NCBI GenBank assembly: GCA_965226495.1
Contig: OZ245365.1
Span: forward strand, 3,744,001 to 3,808,000
Direction of reading: 5' to 3'
Origin: Candidatus Marinacidobacterales bacterium
Lineage (GTDB): Bacteria > Acidobacteriota > Vicinamibacteria > Marinacidobacterales > DATDRI01
DNA length: 64,000 bases
Both the position numbers and the translations under genes were made by a program. Each line of letters begins with the position of its first letter. Within the stretch, counting starts at the first letter, position 1. This document shows positions 41,201 through 50,505 of the stretch, piece by piece. A model generated the notes under the pieces. That model was not told where the DNA came from. It worked only from the letters and a program-made list of their open reading frames with translations, and did no database searches.

Positions 41201-41526
41201 GGGAGCTGCTCACCAAGGGACAGGTGTTTCGCGAGGTTCCGTTTTCGTTTCGTCGCCCCCAGCAGAACGTCCAAAGTGTTCAGATCGTCCGCGGCACCAT
41301 CGACAGCGTTGTCGTCTTCGAAGACCGCATCGTGGTCATCGATTACAAGACCGGCACCCGGAGCGATTCGCATCGCCTGCAGATGGAGCTCTATGTCGAG
41401 GCGGCTCGGGAGTTATTCCCCGATCGTCCCGTCGAGGGGCTCGTTTTCTACGCTACGGGTTCGCCCCTTCGCGTCGCATCAGAACAAAGTGACGGAGAAC
41501 CCGGAGCTCAGCTCGAGTTATTCTAG
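38200..41526 (+). CDS. addA: AddA-like UvrD helicase/nuclease
   Basis: ASAGTGKT, AITFTRKA, IDEFQDT, VGDRKQSIYGWR, MTIHAAKGLEF, LLYVALTR and GTID...IDYKTG motifs. Confidence 0.88.
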   Translation: MNRDFLPEDRLAREQAADPRFNVALEASAGTGKTSVLVDRYVRLIEEGASPRHILAITFTRKATGEMKSRIIEELRRRGQLWSAVRERLFDIHIATIDAFCLGLLKEFPLEAGLNPDIELLDEVDTQRLTEIAVEESLAETASPDGPDMGFLTSVFGEPALRRSLRDLLRSRLVKEEALRRFVDRHVPRELDLESSLRRMVEGLSDILGGREGVERLLSSGPDPSPRSRALGFAFRRAIDPERATPLDVEQVVSHFLTQEERLPRKKLANFFGARDFADRATYENHRNQVLALAPAVSEAYARWFGDRDLYGVRELWRLFRVASRRFQTLKESRRGLDFTDVLVRAVKLLERREEFSQSRFRLESRYHHLLIDEFQDTNDVQWRLLRALIDSWGEGSGLVQDAILAEQSAGRGSGVLQEPSIFVVGDRKQSIYGWRDARVEVMEKAARQVLRLRPRGGRRLTIRQSFRAKGDLLDFLNDVFSGVPQIGQELEWSFRYGEADHFPVLEKEEGAQPVSLVVEPNLPRAASAVADEIVRLLEEERCRPKDVAILFRSRTHYRVYEEALAERGVPAYVYRGLGFFDSSEVKDIQALVRFLSEPGSELRAAELLRSRFVALSDGGLARIAAGRGPRGSEGPLAKLLRGGSRSTDFPPTLSEEDRAAALRAATTVPNWLRRVDRLPPADLILQILEETDYPAWLTGRKGQQGWENLKKVLEMVRRAQNRGYLTLARLAEYLDSASTGEESLAVLEAVDAVNLMTIHAAKGLEFDTVFVVNMDQKTRTDTSLPRIKEKPNGDAEVHALGRPEAEGPARTVEEEKRLLYVALTRSRKGLILCASDLADGESQTTFLHLLPEELRALFHEALGSDKQELSWTPKLQTHRLRLLRPAPEPRRHRGTREEPTYRDALGLLEDARPERVTVSELVREHVGENTAPWDLEPVDTTVGKLVHRMFEFDVDDGASLTDVAVALSAELFDRGPSERERTAHAAAKLYQALRASTPLRELLTKGQVFREVPFSFRRPQQNVQSVQIVRGTIDSVVVFEDRIVVIDYKTGTRSDSHRLQMELYVEAARELFPDRPVEGLVFYATGSPLRVASEQSDGEPGAQLELF

Positions 41527-41645
41527 TTAACGCATTTGAATACAATAACTTGCAGAGAAGCTCGCTTCATGTCCCGGTGTCGCCTTTCCTCCAAAATCCC
41601 TTCCGTAGTATCATTAAACTACACAATCTAATACATGAGGTCTGC

Positions 41646-44567
41646 ATGACGACCGCAGGAATCCAGCGCGGCCCGGGGGGCGGTGTGACTATCGTCTCGT
41701 CCGGATCCCTCGAGGATACGCCCCTCGCCGAGGTGATCCGCCGCATCGTGCTCGAGGAGCGAAGTGGAGAGCTCCGCGTCGCCGCTCCGCCGGCGGTGAA
41801 GACGATCTCTTTTGACCGAGGCTTCATCGTGTACGCCTCCAGCAATCTGGAAAGCGACGGCCTCGGGAAGCTGCTGATCGATTCGGGCCGCATCTCCAAG
41901 AACGAGCTTGCCCTGGTGGGCATGCTGACGAGGACGGGCAAGAAGTCTCTGCGCCAGTCTCTGGTGCAGGGCGGCATTGTCTCTGAGGAGGAACTCGGCC
42001 GCTACGTGGCAGTGCAGGTAAACGAGATCGTGCTTTCCTTGTTCTCCCTCGTGCGAGGGACGTACCGCTTCCATGAGGGACCGTGCACGACTCCTATAGA
42101 TCTGATGGTCAGCCTCTCCGCCCACCGAATCTTGTTAGAGGGCATACGGAGGATGAGCAGCGGCAAGCTCATCCTCGGCGGCCTCCCCGCGCTCAAGAGT
42201 AAGGTAACGCTCGTCGATGAGCCTCCCTTCACGCTGGACGTCGACAAGCTTCGACCGATGGAAAAAGCGGTGCTGCGTTTGGCACATCACGGGTTATCGA
42301 TCGGAAGGATCGTCAACACCATCGGCGAGGACAAGGGAAAAACACTTCGCGCCTGCTACTCGCTTTACGGCGCTGGGGTCTTGGAGCCAGTCACAAGCGA
42401 TGCGCCAAGGCCGCGTCCCATCCAAGAGGAGACGGGCTCGTTCTTGGTTTCCGAAATCCTCCGAAAGGTTCAGCCGGTGGAGGACGGCGCGAGTCCACCT
42501 GCTGCCGCCGCGGTAACCGAGGCGGCGAACGCGCCGGTCCCGGCCATCCCAATGAGCGACGAGCCCCATCCGTCTACCGAGGAACCTCCACCCGACGAAT
42601 TGCCCACGCTTGCGGCCCTCGAAGAGCAAGAACGGCAGAACCAAGAAGCGCCGGAGCAACAACAGGCCTCGGGGGGGCTTTCGCTCCTGATCGCAGCAGT
42701 CGGAGCTCTATGGTCCAGCCTCGTTGGATGGTTCGCCAATGCGATGGCTGCGTTTACGACATCGAGGCCTACCGATCAGTCGGCGCAGGTCGCTGACACG
42801 GATGAACCCAAAGCGGGCGACTTTGTTTCTTCGGAAGCCGAAGCGAGAGTTGCTGAGCTGGACCGCACGTCGCCGGCTCCCGAATCGAACGAGATGGCTC
42901 CGACCGTCGCTGCGGTTGGAGTACCGTCGTGGTCTATGATGGATACCCCCAGCGAAGAGGACTCGCCTCCCCCTACCAAAGAGACGGTCGACGACGGGAT
43001 GGGAGTGCCCTCCTGGTCCATGAAGGACACGCCCAGCGAGGACGTAGCGAAACATGCCCCGAGTGCGTTCGTCGAAGAGCCCGACTACCAACACTCAGTA
43101 GTCGAAGGCCTAGGCGTCCCGAAATGGTCCCTCAAGGACGCTCCGGAAGAAGAGTCGATCCCCAAGCGCAGGAAAGAACCGACGCATCTAGAGCCGGAGC
43201 CACCAGTTTCGCTCGGAGTCGAAGACGAGGAGCCGCAGGCGCCGGTTCGCAGCTATCAACCTGACGATTCCTCTCCGATCCTCGAAGACGACCTCGTCGC
43301 GCTAGAACCGGAAGAAAATCCCGAACACTCGATGCTGGACGCAATCCCCTTGGAAGAGATCACCCGAGAAGAGGAAAGCCCCGAACTCTTGATCATGATC
43401 GACGAAGACGCTTTCGCGGATGTCCCGGAGTTCGGGCAGGACGTTGCGGCTCTTCCTCATGAGGAACCGTCTATACACATCGAAACGGAAGTCGACGAAA
43501 CAGACCAAGTCGCCCCCGACATGGAAGTCACGGAAGTCGTCGAGGACGATGTGCCTACGTTCGAACGGGAACCTGCGTTCGAGGAGCAGCAGGTCTTTGC
43601 CGAAACGAGCGCCCCGCCGATGTCCATCGAGGGCGACGAGGACGACGAGGACGTCGAATTCGATTTCGAGCCGGTCACAGCCGAGTCGCAAGCTTCTAGC
43701 GCCGAGCCAAGCCAAGTCGTGGCGCGTTCCGCCCCGGTTGAGGCCCAGGCCCGCGTGTCCACGCCGACCTCGAAGGCAAGCCGCGTCGTCGCAAAAACAC
43801 CTTCACCCGCTCAGGCGAAGGCTCCGGTGACCAAACGAACCAAGAAGCCTTCACCCCCCTCGAAGGCAAGCCGCGTGGTCGCAAAAACACCTCCACCCGC
43901 TCAGGCGAAGGCTCCGGTGGCCAAACGAACCAAGAAGCCTTCACCGCCCTCGAAGGCAAGCCGCGTCGTCGCAAAAACACCTTCACCCACTCAGACGAAG
44001 GCTCCGGTGGCCGAACGAACCAAGAAGCCTTCACCGCCAGCCCCCGAGAGGAAGGCTCCCCCTGAATCAACGCCCCCGACGCGACCCGCTCCGATAGAAC
44101 CCACAGGCGACGGCGACGTGAGCGCTTCGCCGCCCCCGCAGCACAGCAGCCGCCCTAGCAACGAGGATGTCGTCGGAGCCGAGGTACGCCTTCTCCGTGA
44201 CGTGAAGCTCCACTTCAAGGTGAGGGATTGGGCAGGAGCGGTTCCTCTGCTGGAAAGGTTGGTGGAGCTCTCCCCCGGCAACGCCCTTTACCGCGGAATG
44301 CTGGGTCGTGCGATGACGAGCCGGCCCGAGTTACGGAACAACGCAGAGAAGCACTTCGTCGAGGCACTTCGCCTGTCTCCGCAAAACCCTGAGCTCCACT
44401 ATTGGCTCGGCCTCTATTACAAGTCGTTCGGTTTGGAATCTCGAGCCTTCAATGAATTTCGCACTACGCTGCGTATCAATCCACAACACGCAGGTGCCAC
44501 GAAACAAATGGCCGCGGCCGGGAAACGTGGGACCAGTGGCGGCATGCTCAAGAAGCTCTTTGGCTAG
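41646..44567 (+). CDS. DUF4388-domain protein with long acidic/Pro-rich linker and C-terminal TPRs
   Basis: N-terminal GSL...L.EV...I..E.RSGEL...I.F..G.I.YASSN pattern, low-complexity middle and TPR C-terminus. Confidence 0.8.
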   Translation: MTTAGIQRGPGGGVTIVSSGSLEDTPLAEVIRRIVLEERSGELRVAAPPAVKTISFDRGFIVYASSNLESDGLGKLLIDSGRISKNELALVGMLTRTGKKSLRQSLVQGGIVSEEELGRYVAVQVNEIVLSLFSLVRGTYRFHEGPCTTPIDLMVSLSAHRILLEGIRRMSSGKLILGGLPALKSKVTLVDEPPFTLDVDKLRPMEKAVLRLAHHGLSIGRIVNTIGEDKGKTLRACYSLYGAGVLEPVTSDAPRPRPIQEETGSFLVSEILRKVQPVEDGASPPAAAAVTEAANAPVPAIPMSDEPHPSTEEPPPDELPTLAALEEQERQNQEAPEQQQASGGLSLLIAAVGALWSSLVGWFANAMAAFTTSRPTDQSAQVADTDEPKAGDFVSSEAEARVAELDRTSPAPESNEMAPTVAAVGVPSWSMMDTPSEEDSPPPTKETVDDGMGVPSWSMKDTPSEDVAKHAPSAFVEEPDYQHSVVEGLGVPKWSLKDAPEEESIPKRRKEPTHLEPEPPVSLGVEDEEPQAPVRSYQPDDSSPILEDDLVALEPEENPEHSMLDAIPLEEITREEESPELLIMIDEDAFADVPEFGQDVAALPHEEPSIHIETEVDETDQVAPDMEVTEVVEDDVPTFEREPAFEEQQVFAETSAPPMSIEGDEDDEDVEFDFEPVTAESQASSAEPSQVVARSAPVEAQARVSTPTSKASRVVAKTPSPAQAKAPVTKRTKKPSPPSKASRVVAKTPPPAQAKAPVAKRTKKPSPPSKASRVVAKTPSPTQTKAPVAERTKKPSPPAPERKAPPESTPPTRPAPIEPTGDGDVSASPPPQHSSRPSNEDVVGAEVRLLRDVKLHFKVRDWAGAVPLLERLVELSPGNALYRGMLGRAMTSRPELRNNAEKHFVEALRLSPQNPELHYWLGLYYKSFGLESRAFNEFRTTLRINPQHAGATKQMAAAGKRGTSGGMLKKLFG
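43768..44037 (+). repeat. Three tandem 90-bp coding repeats (SKASRVVAKTPSPAQAKAPVxKRTKKPSPP)
   Basis: cgaaggcaagccgcgt recurs at 43771, 43861 and 43951 with few substitutions. Confidence 0.95.
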
Positions 44568-44688
44568 CAAACGGTAGTACCTTTCCTCGCGTTCCTTATC
44601 CAAAGACTCCCCACGACAACCGCGTCGTGTAACCCCCCGGTAAGCTTGTGCTAAGCTTCAGTGGAAACTCTGTTCGGAAAGGCTGTCG

Positions 44689-46239
44689 ATGCGCCGCGAT
44701 TTCAAAGTGAAGGAACTATTCATAGCAAGTGCCCTGTTGATTGCCCCCTTATGGCTGGGCGGTGTCTATTCCGGAGTCGAGGGCGACATCCACCTAACGC
44801 ACGGCGTTGCTAGTGGTGACGTGACCTCCCGTAGCGCCGTTATTTGGGCGCGGGCCAGTGCGCCCGGTGAAATGGTGGTGGATGTCGATACCGACTCCGC
44901 CTTCCCGAACCCGCGGCGATTTCGGTCGCGGAACTCGGAGCCAACCGATTTCACGGCTCAAGTGAGGCTCGAAGGCCTGCAGCCCGCCACTCGCTACCAC
45001 TTCCGAGTTCACTTCGTCAACGCTTCAGGAGAACGTTCCTCGTGGGCAAACGGAACTCTCGAGACCGCACCGGACACAACAGCTGAGCTTCAAGCTCTTC
45101 GTTTCGTCGTCGTCGGAGATTTGGGCGGCCACGGCTATTGCCGTGACGAGGAAGATGGTTACCGCATCTTCGACCACCTGCGCGAACTGTCACCTCACTT
45201 CATCATCGCCAACGGTGACATGATCTACGCCGACACCGAGTGTCCCACCGAAGGACCGGAAGGGAGACGCAATGTTCCCGGAGAATTTTCGAGAATAGAT
45301 TCGGCCAAAATCGATTGGACGAACCGGGACCAAATCCAAGAGCTCTATTGGAAACACTGGCGCTATCATCGTGCCGATCCTCACTTTCAGCGCTTCCTTG
45401 CGCAAACACCGATCTACGTGCAGTGGGACGACCACGAAGTGATCAACGATTTCGGAGCGCGCTGGCCTTTCTGGCCCCCCGATCAACACCGCGAGGGGTT
45501 CGCTAACGTGGTCGAGGCCGGCAGGAATGCCTTGTTTCATTACAATCCTATCGGGCGAGACTCCAACGAGCCGGAGCGTATCTATCGTTCTTTCCGATGG
45601 GGTAAGGACTTGGAGCTTTTCCTGATCGACGGTCGGTCCTATCGCGACGGTAATGTTCGACCCGACTCCGCCACTCACCCAAAGTCACTTCTGGGAGAGA
45701 AACAGTTCGCGTGGCTAAAGCAAGGCTTAGCCGCATCCGACGCAACGTGGAAAATCGTCAGCTCCGACGTTCCGCTTTCCGCACCGACGGGTTCCGACTC
45801 CGAGAACTACGGCAGGGATGGCTGGGCGAATGGAACCAGGAAGGATCTCTCGTCCCGCACCGGTTTCGAACGCGAGCTCTTGAACCTACTTGGCTATCTC
45901 GACACTTCCGATGTCGACAACCTAGTGTTTGTCGTCACTGATGTTCACGCCGCGCTCAGCATACGGTATGACGTGGACGCGAACGGTGATGGGGATCGGT
46001 TCGTCTTCCACGAGTTCATCAGCGGTCCGCTGATGGCGGGGAAACTTCTCGTCCCCCCCGAGCTCGACCCGACCCTACGACCGGTCCTCCTCTACGCCGA
46101 GGGAGACCTTTTCAATTTCGGGACCTACCGGCTGGAGAGGCGTCCCGACGGCAACGTACACTTCCTCGCTGAGGTCCGCGATGAGACCGGAGGCGTCCGC
46201 CCTGGCTCGTCGATCGACCTGTCGCCTGAGGGCCAGTAA
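44689..46239 (+). CDS. phoD: Alkaline phosphatase D family protein
   Basis: HGVASGD, GDMIYAD, WDDHEV.ND, DGRSYR and TDVH motifs. Confidence 0.88.
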   Translation: MRRDFKVKELFIASALLIAPLWLGGVYSGVEGDIHLTHGVASGDVTSRSAVIWARASAPGEMVVDVDTDSAFPNPRRFRSRNSEPTDFTAQVRLEGLQPATRYHFRVHFVNASGERSSWANGTLETAPDTTAELQALRFVVVGDLGGHGYCRDEEDGYRIFDHLRELSPHFIIANGDMIYADTECPTEGPEGRRNVPGEFSRIDSAKIDWTNRDQIQELYWKHWRYHRADPHFQRFLAQTPIYVQWDDHEVINDFGARWPFWPPDQHREGFANVVEAGRNALFHYNPIGRDSNEPERIYRSFRWGKDLELFLIDGRSYRDGNVRPDSATHPKSLLGEKQFAWLKQGLAASDATWKIVSSDVPLSAPTGSDSENYGRDGWANGTRKDLSSRTGFERELLNLLGYLDTSDVDNLVFVVTDVHAALSIRYDVDANGDGDRFVFHEFISGPLMAGKLLVPPELDPTLRPVLLYAEGDLFNFGTYRLERRPDGNVHFLAEVRDETGGVRPGSSIDLSPEGQ

Positions 46240-46357
46240 AGGTTGGCCAAGAGTCGACCGCACCACACCAATTCGGCCTCGCCATATTGGCGGTTTGCCG
46301 GCCGCGGCGGATTTCGTTATTGTCAAGCATTATGCCGAAACCGCGAGGAACGGCCCG

Positions 46358-47605
46358 TTGACCTGCGTATCGACTTTGGTCAACGGTGGCCAACAACAGG
46401 AACGCGCGTTGCCTGCGGGTGTTGCAGACGCTGTGACTCAGGCGTTGAACGGTGGCGCGCTCCCAAGCGACGCCGCCCACCGACTCGCATTGTCTGAAAG
46501 CGATTCCCTACCGTCACTTTGTCGCGCCGCCGCCGAGCTTCGTGACCGAGGCAAGGGCCGCATCGTTACCTTCTCTCCCAAGGTTTTCATTCCTCTCACC
46601 CGACTTTGTCGAGACTTCTGCGGATATTGCACGTTTCGCCAATCTCCGCCCGAGTCCAAATCGCTCTTCATGACAATCGAAGAAGTCGTGGAGGTTGCCA
46701 AAGCTGGAAAACGTGCCGGCTGCACCGAGGCGCTCTTTACGCTGGGCGAGCGACCCGAGCAGCGCTATCCCGAAGCCAAGGCCTGGCTCCAAGGAGCGGG
46801 GTACCGGACGACGTTGGACTATGTTCGCGATGCCGCAGCAGTTGTCATCGAGGAAGTCGGACTCTTGCCTCATTTGAACCCGGGCACGATGAGCCGTCGA
46901 GAGTTGGCCTCGCTGCGTCCTGTGAGTGCATCCATGGGCATCATGCTCGAGAACGTTAGCCCACGCCTCACCGAACTGGGAGGTCCGCACCATCAAGCAC
47001 CGAGCAAGTGGCCTCTTGCGCGCGTCAAGGCCCTGTCGCTCGCGGGCCAGGAGAAGGTGGCGTTCACCACTGGGCTCCTGGTAGGAATCGGTGAAACCCG
47101 TGCTGAAATCATCGACTCCCTCATTACGATCCGAGAGCTCCATGAGCGCTATGGCCACATCCAAGAGGTCATTATCCAGAACTTCCGGGCAAAACCGGAC
47201 ACGGCCATGAGCGACCACGCGCATGCCTCGACCGAAGCAACCCTGTGGACGGTGGCCGTAGCACGTTTGATTTTGGGCCCGGGGGCCAACATCCAGGTCC
47301 CACCCAACCTCAATCGAACCGACTACCCGACCTACTTGATGGCGGGCATCAACGACTGGGGTGGTGTGTCCCCGGTCACGATCGACTACGTGAACCCTGA
47401 AGCTCCCTGGCCTCACCTCGGCCATCTGCGAGCCCAAACCGAGAGGCTCGGTTTTCAGCTCAAACCGCGTTTGCCGCTTTACCCGGAGCTCGTGACAGGG
47501 GATGGACGCCTTATCCCTACCGACCTGAGCGATCGGGTCCGGGCGCACGCGGATGATGAGGGTTATGTAAGCGGAGGCATCGAGCGCTATGCACCTTCCG
47601 AATAG
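46358..47605 (+). CDS. cofG: FO synthase subunit 1 (radical SAM); start uncertain
   Basis: FIPLTRLCRDFCGYCTF, EALFTLGERPE, LPHLNPG, IQEVIIQNFRAKP and GINDWGGVSPVT motifs. Confidence 0.92.
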   Translation: MTCVSTLVNGGQQQERALPAGVADAVTQALNGGALPSDAAHRLALSESDSLPSLCRAAAELRDRGKGRIVTFSPKVFIPLTRLCRDFCGYCTFRQSPPESKSLFMTIEEVVEVAKAGKRAGCTEALFTLGERPEQRYPEAKAWLQGAGYRTTLDYVRDAAAVVIEEVGLLPHLNPGTMSRRELASLRPVSASMGIMLENVSPRLTELGGPHHQAPSKWPLARVKALSLAGQEKVAFTTGLLVGIGETRAEIIDSLITIRELHERYGHIQEVIIQNFRAKPDTAMSDHAHASTEATLWTVAVARLILGPGANIQVPPNLNRTDYPTYLMAGINDWGGVSPVTIDYVNPEAPWPHLGHLRAQTERLGFQLKPRLPLYPELVTGDGRLIPTDLSDRVRAHADDEGYVSGGIERYAPSE

Positions 47606-48944
47606 TCAAGGTTCGAACGGACAGTCCATGGACGCGATGCTGCAAGGCGTCGCGATCGACGTCGCCCGAGTGCTCGGGAAGGCGCTGGATGGTGGAGAAC
47701 TGACGATCGACGAAACCGTTCTGCTGTTTCGGACCACCGGAGCCGAGCTGGACGCCACGGCGAAAACGGCCGATGAGTTACGTAGTCGAACGGTCGGTGA
47801 TCTGGTGACCTACGTCGTCAATCGTAACATCAACTTTACCAACGTGTGCATCAAGCGCTGTGGATTCTGTGCCTTCAGTCGTGATTTTCGCCAAGAAGAA
47901 GGTTATCTCCTCCCCACCGAAGAGATCGTTCGACGCGCGAAGGAAGCGTGGGATCTCGGGGCGACCGAAGTCTGTATCCAGGCCGGCCTTCCCCCTCAAA
48001 TGGAAGGGGACCTCTACATCAAGCTTACCCGAGCACTGAAGGAAGCGCTGCCTGGGCTGCATATCCACGGTTTCTCACCGGAGGAGGTCTTGTACGGTGC
48101 GGTTCGCTCCCGGGCATCGATTCGTGAGTACTTGCACGAGCTCAAGGAAGCTGGAGTAGGAAGCCTCCCGGGTACGTCGGCCGAGATCTTGGATCAAGAT
48201 CTTCGAGACCTCATCTCTCCCGGCCGGATCCGCGCCGATCAATGGATCGATGTCATCACCACCGCTCACGAGCTCGGGATACCCACGACGTCGACCATCA
48301 TGTACGGACACGTCGAGAACGAGGTGCACAAAGCGCGTCACCTCGCCCTGATCCGCGATCTTCAGAAAACGAGTGGCGGTTTCACCGAGTTCGTTCCCCT
48401 GAGCTTCATTCACACAGAAGCGCCCATGTTCACGCACGGCACCGTTCCAACGGTGAGGTCCGGAGCCTCCCGCGAGGAAGTGATCAAGATGCACGCCGTG
48501 GCCCGGATCGTGCTGAACAATTGGATACCGAATTTGCAAGTCTCATGGGTCAAAGAAGGACTGCCCACTAGCCAACTCCTCCTCACCGCGGGAGTGAACG
48601 ACATGGGTGGCACTCTCATGAACGAGAGCATCTCCACCTCGGCGGGAGCGCCCTTCGGCCAGTTGGTGGCACCGCTCACCTTCCGGAAGCTGATTCGCGA
48701 GGCCGGCCGTGTCCCCGCCGAGCGCCATACCACGTACCGGATTCGACGAGTCTTTGCCGACCAAGAGAGTGCAGCGGCGTCCGACCCCTTGGATGAGATC
48801 GGACAGGACTCAGAAGAACGCCTCGGCTCGTATCAACGCCTAATCAAGATGGACCGCTTTCGTTATCAACATCCTCGCCGTAAGGCGGTTGCCCTCGCTG
48901 GTGGGCCTGGTAAGCCTGGTAAGCCTAGTAAGGATTTCCAGTGA
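47589..48944 (+). CDS. cofH: FO synthase subunit 2 (radical SAM)
   Basis: VVNRNINFTNVCIKRCGFCAF, GATEVCIQAG, PGTSAEIL and GGTLMNESIS motifs; adjacent to cofG. Confidence 0.92.
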   Translation: MHLPNSQGSNGQSMDAMLQGVAIDVARVLGKALDGGELTIDETVLLFRTTGAELDATAKTADELRSRTVGDLVTYVVNRNINFTNVCIKRCGFCAFSRDFRQEEGYLLPTEEIVRRAKEAWDLGATEVCIQAGLPPQMEGDLYIKLTRALKEALPGLHIHGFSPEEVLYGAVRSRASIREYLHELKEAGVGSLPGTSAEILDQDLRDLISPGRIRADQWIDVITTAHELGIPTTSTIMYGHVENEVHKARHLALIRDLQKTSGGFTEFVPLSFIHTEAPMFTHGTVPTVRSGASREEVIKMHAVARIVLNNWIPNLQVSWVKEGLPTSQLLLTAGVNDMGGTLMNESISTSAGAPFGQLVAPLTFRKLIREAGRVPAERHTTYRIRRVFADQESAAASDPLDEIGQDSEERLGSYQRLIKMDRFRYQHPRRKAVALAGGPGKPGKPSKDFQ

Positions 48945-49882
48945 GCTCGAACCAGATCCTCGCCTTTTCTGGAGGCGTCGGGGGCGCCAAGCTTGCGCTG
49001 GGGCTTACTCGGGTGCTCGGTCCCGAGCGATTGACCATCGTCGTGAACACCGGAGATGACGAAGAATTCTATGGCCTTCATGTGGCGCCGGATCTCGACA
49101 CCGTGATGTATACGCTCGCCGGGGTGGTCAACGCCGAGACAGGTTGGGGTGTGGCAGGCGAATCGTTTCGATCCCTCGACATGTTGAAGCGTTACGGCGC
49201 ACCAACTTGGTTTCAATTGGGGGACAAAGATCTCGCAACTCACATTCTTCGCAGACAGAGATTAGACGAAGGTCGCACGCTGTCGGAAGTAGCTGAAGAG
49301 CTCTGCCACCGATTGGGAATTCGTCATCGAGTCGTTCCCATGTCGGATCAACCGATCAGGAGCATCGTTGAGACCGATGAAGGAGACATTGCCTTCCAAA
49401 GTTACTTCGTGGAACGAAAATGTGAGCCGGTGATGAAGGGTCTGAGGTTCGAGGGAGCTCGAGATGCGACGCCGGCACCCGAGTTCGGTCGGGCGCTCCA
49501 CGATGCGTCTACTCTGGTCTTCTGCCCCTCAAACCCATGGTTGAGTGTCGACCCGATACTATCCATACCAGGTGTCAGGAAGGCCGTCCAATCTTTCCCA
49601 GGTCGCCGTCTAGCAGTGAGTCCCATCGTTGGAGGCAAGGCTCTCAAGGGTCCAGCTGCCAAGATCATGTCTGAGCTCGGCTATGAAGTGAGTGCGGTAG
49701 GGATCGCCTCCTACTATCGAAACTTGGTCGACACTTTAGTGATAGATGAGGCCGACCGAGAGCTAGCCCCTTCCATCGAAGCGCTCGGTTTGTCGACTCA
49801 CACAACTGGGACGGTGATGCGGACCCTAGAAGACAAGATTAGTCTGGCGCGAGAGATCTCCCGGATCGCGGACGTAGGCTAA
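48941..49882 (+). CDS. cofD: 2-phospho-L-lactate/PEP transferase
   Basis: SGGVGGAKL, VNTGDD, PDLDTVMYTL, WFQLGDKD, PSNP..S..PIL and KGPAAK motifs. Confidence 0.95.
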   Translation: MSSNQILAFSGGVGGAKLALGLTRVLGPERLTIVVNTGDDEEFYGLHVAPDLDTVMYTLAGVVNAETGWGVAGESFRSLDMLKRYGAPTWFQLGDKDLATHILRRQRLDEGRTLSEVAEELCHRLGIRHRVVPMSDQPIRSIVETDEGDIAFQSYFVERKCEPVMKGLRFEGARDATPAPEFGRALHDASTLVFCPSNPWLSVDPILSIPGVRKAVQSFPGRRLAVSPIVGGKALKGPAAKIMSELGYEVSAVGIASYYRNLVDTLVIDEADRELAPSIEALGLSTHTTGTVMRTLEDKISLAREISRIADVG

Positions 49883-49887
49883 GGAAA

Positions 49888-50505
49888 ATGAACGTGGCGG
49901 TGACGATAGTGATTCCGGTGAAACCCTTGAACGAGGCAAAGAGCCGACTTGCATCGGTACTCGGCCCGGAGACTCGCCGGGAGCTGGTCACCGACATGCT
50001 GGGAAACGTCCTAACCGCTGCCAAGCAATCGAAGGCTAAAAGGATGTTGGTGGTCACCCGTGATTCGATGGTCGGGGCGATGGTCTCGGCCACCGGAGCG
50101 GAATGGACACCGGACCCCGCTACAACGCTCAACGGTAGCTTGCGGGAAGTCTTCCGCACTTGCTGGGCGAATGGAGAAACACCACTCTACCTGCCCGCCG
50201 ATCTACCACGGCTGCGGGCGTCGGAGATTGACGGGATCCTCAGTACTTGGGACGGTGAGGATCAAATTGTTTTGTCCCCTTGCCACAAGGAGCAAGGAAC
50301 GAATGCGCTATTGGTGCCGGCGACATGCGGATTTGAACCTCGACTAGGTGACGGAAGCTTTGCTCGGCACCTGGCGCGCGCATCAAGCTCCGGTATCGTA
50401 ACCGAGGTTTACCGGGCCCCAGGTATAGCCTTCGACATCGACACACCCGAAGATCTCCTCACTCATCGCTACGCCGCCCGATCCCCTCAGGTTCACGCGC
50501 ATTGA
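49888..50505 (+). CDS. cofC: 2-phospho-L-lactate/PEP guanylyltransferase
   Basis: IPVK...AKSRL, PADLP, GTNAL, GDGSF..H and DIDTPEDL motifs. Confidence 0.92.
   Translation: MNVAVTIVIPVKPLNEAKSRLASVLGPETRRELVTDMLGNVLTAAKQSKAKRMLVVTRDSMVGAMVSATGAEWTPDPATTLNGSLREVFRTCWANGETPLYLPADLPRLRASEIDGILSTWDGEDQIVLSPCHKEQGTNALLVPATCGFEPRLGDGSFARHLARASSSGIVTEVYRAPGIAFDIDTPEDLLTHRYAARSPQVHAH

Noticed and set aside
43768-44037. Regularly spaced repeats as a possible CRISPR array
   Set aside because: These are contiguous in-frame 90-bp coding repeats with no unique spacers, and no cas genes are nearby.
46514-47548. Long antisense ORFs (this 344-aa one, also 2544..3302, 17188..17970 and others)
   Set aside because: Shadow ORFs expected opposite GC-rich genes; no recognisable motifs or RBS.
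48905-48931. 9-bp tandem repeat GCCTGGTAA x3 at the end of cofH
   Set aside because: In-frame slippage in a non-conserved tail (PGKPGKPSK); no evident function.
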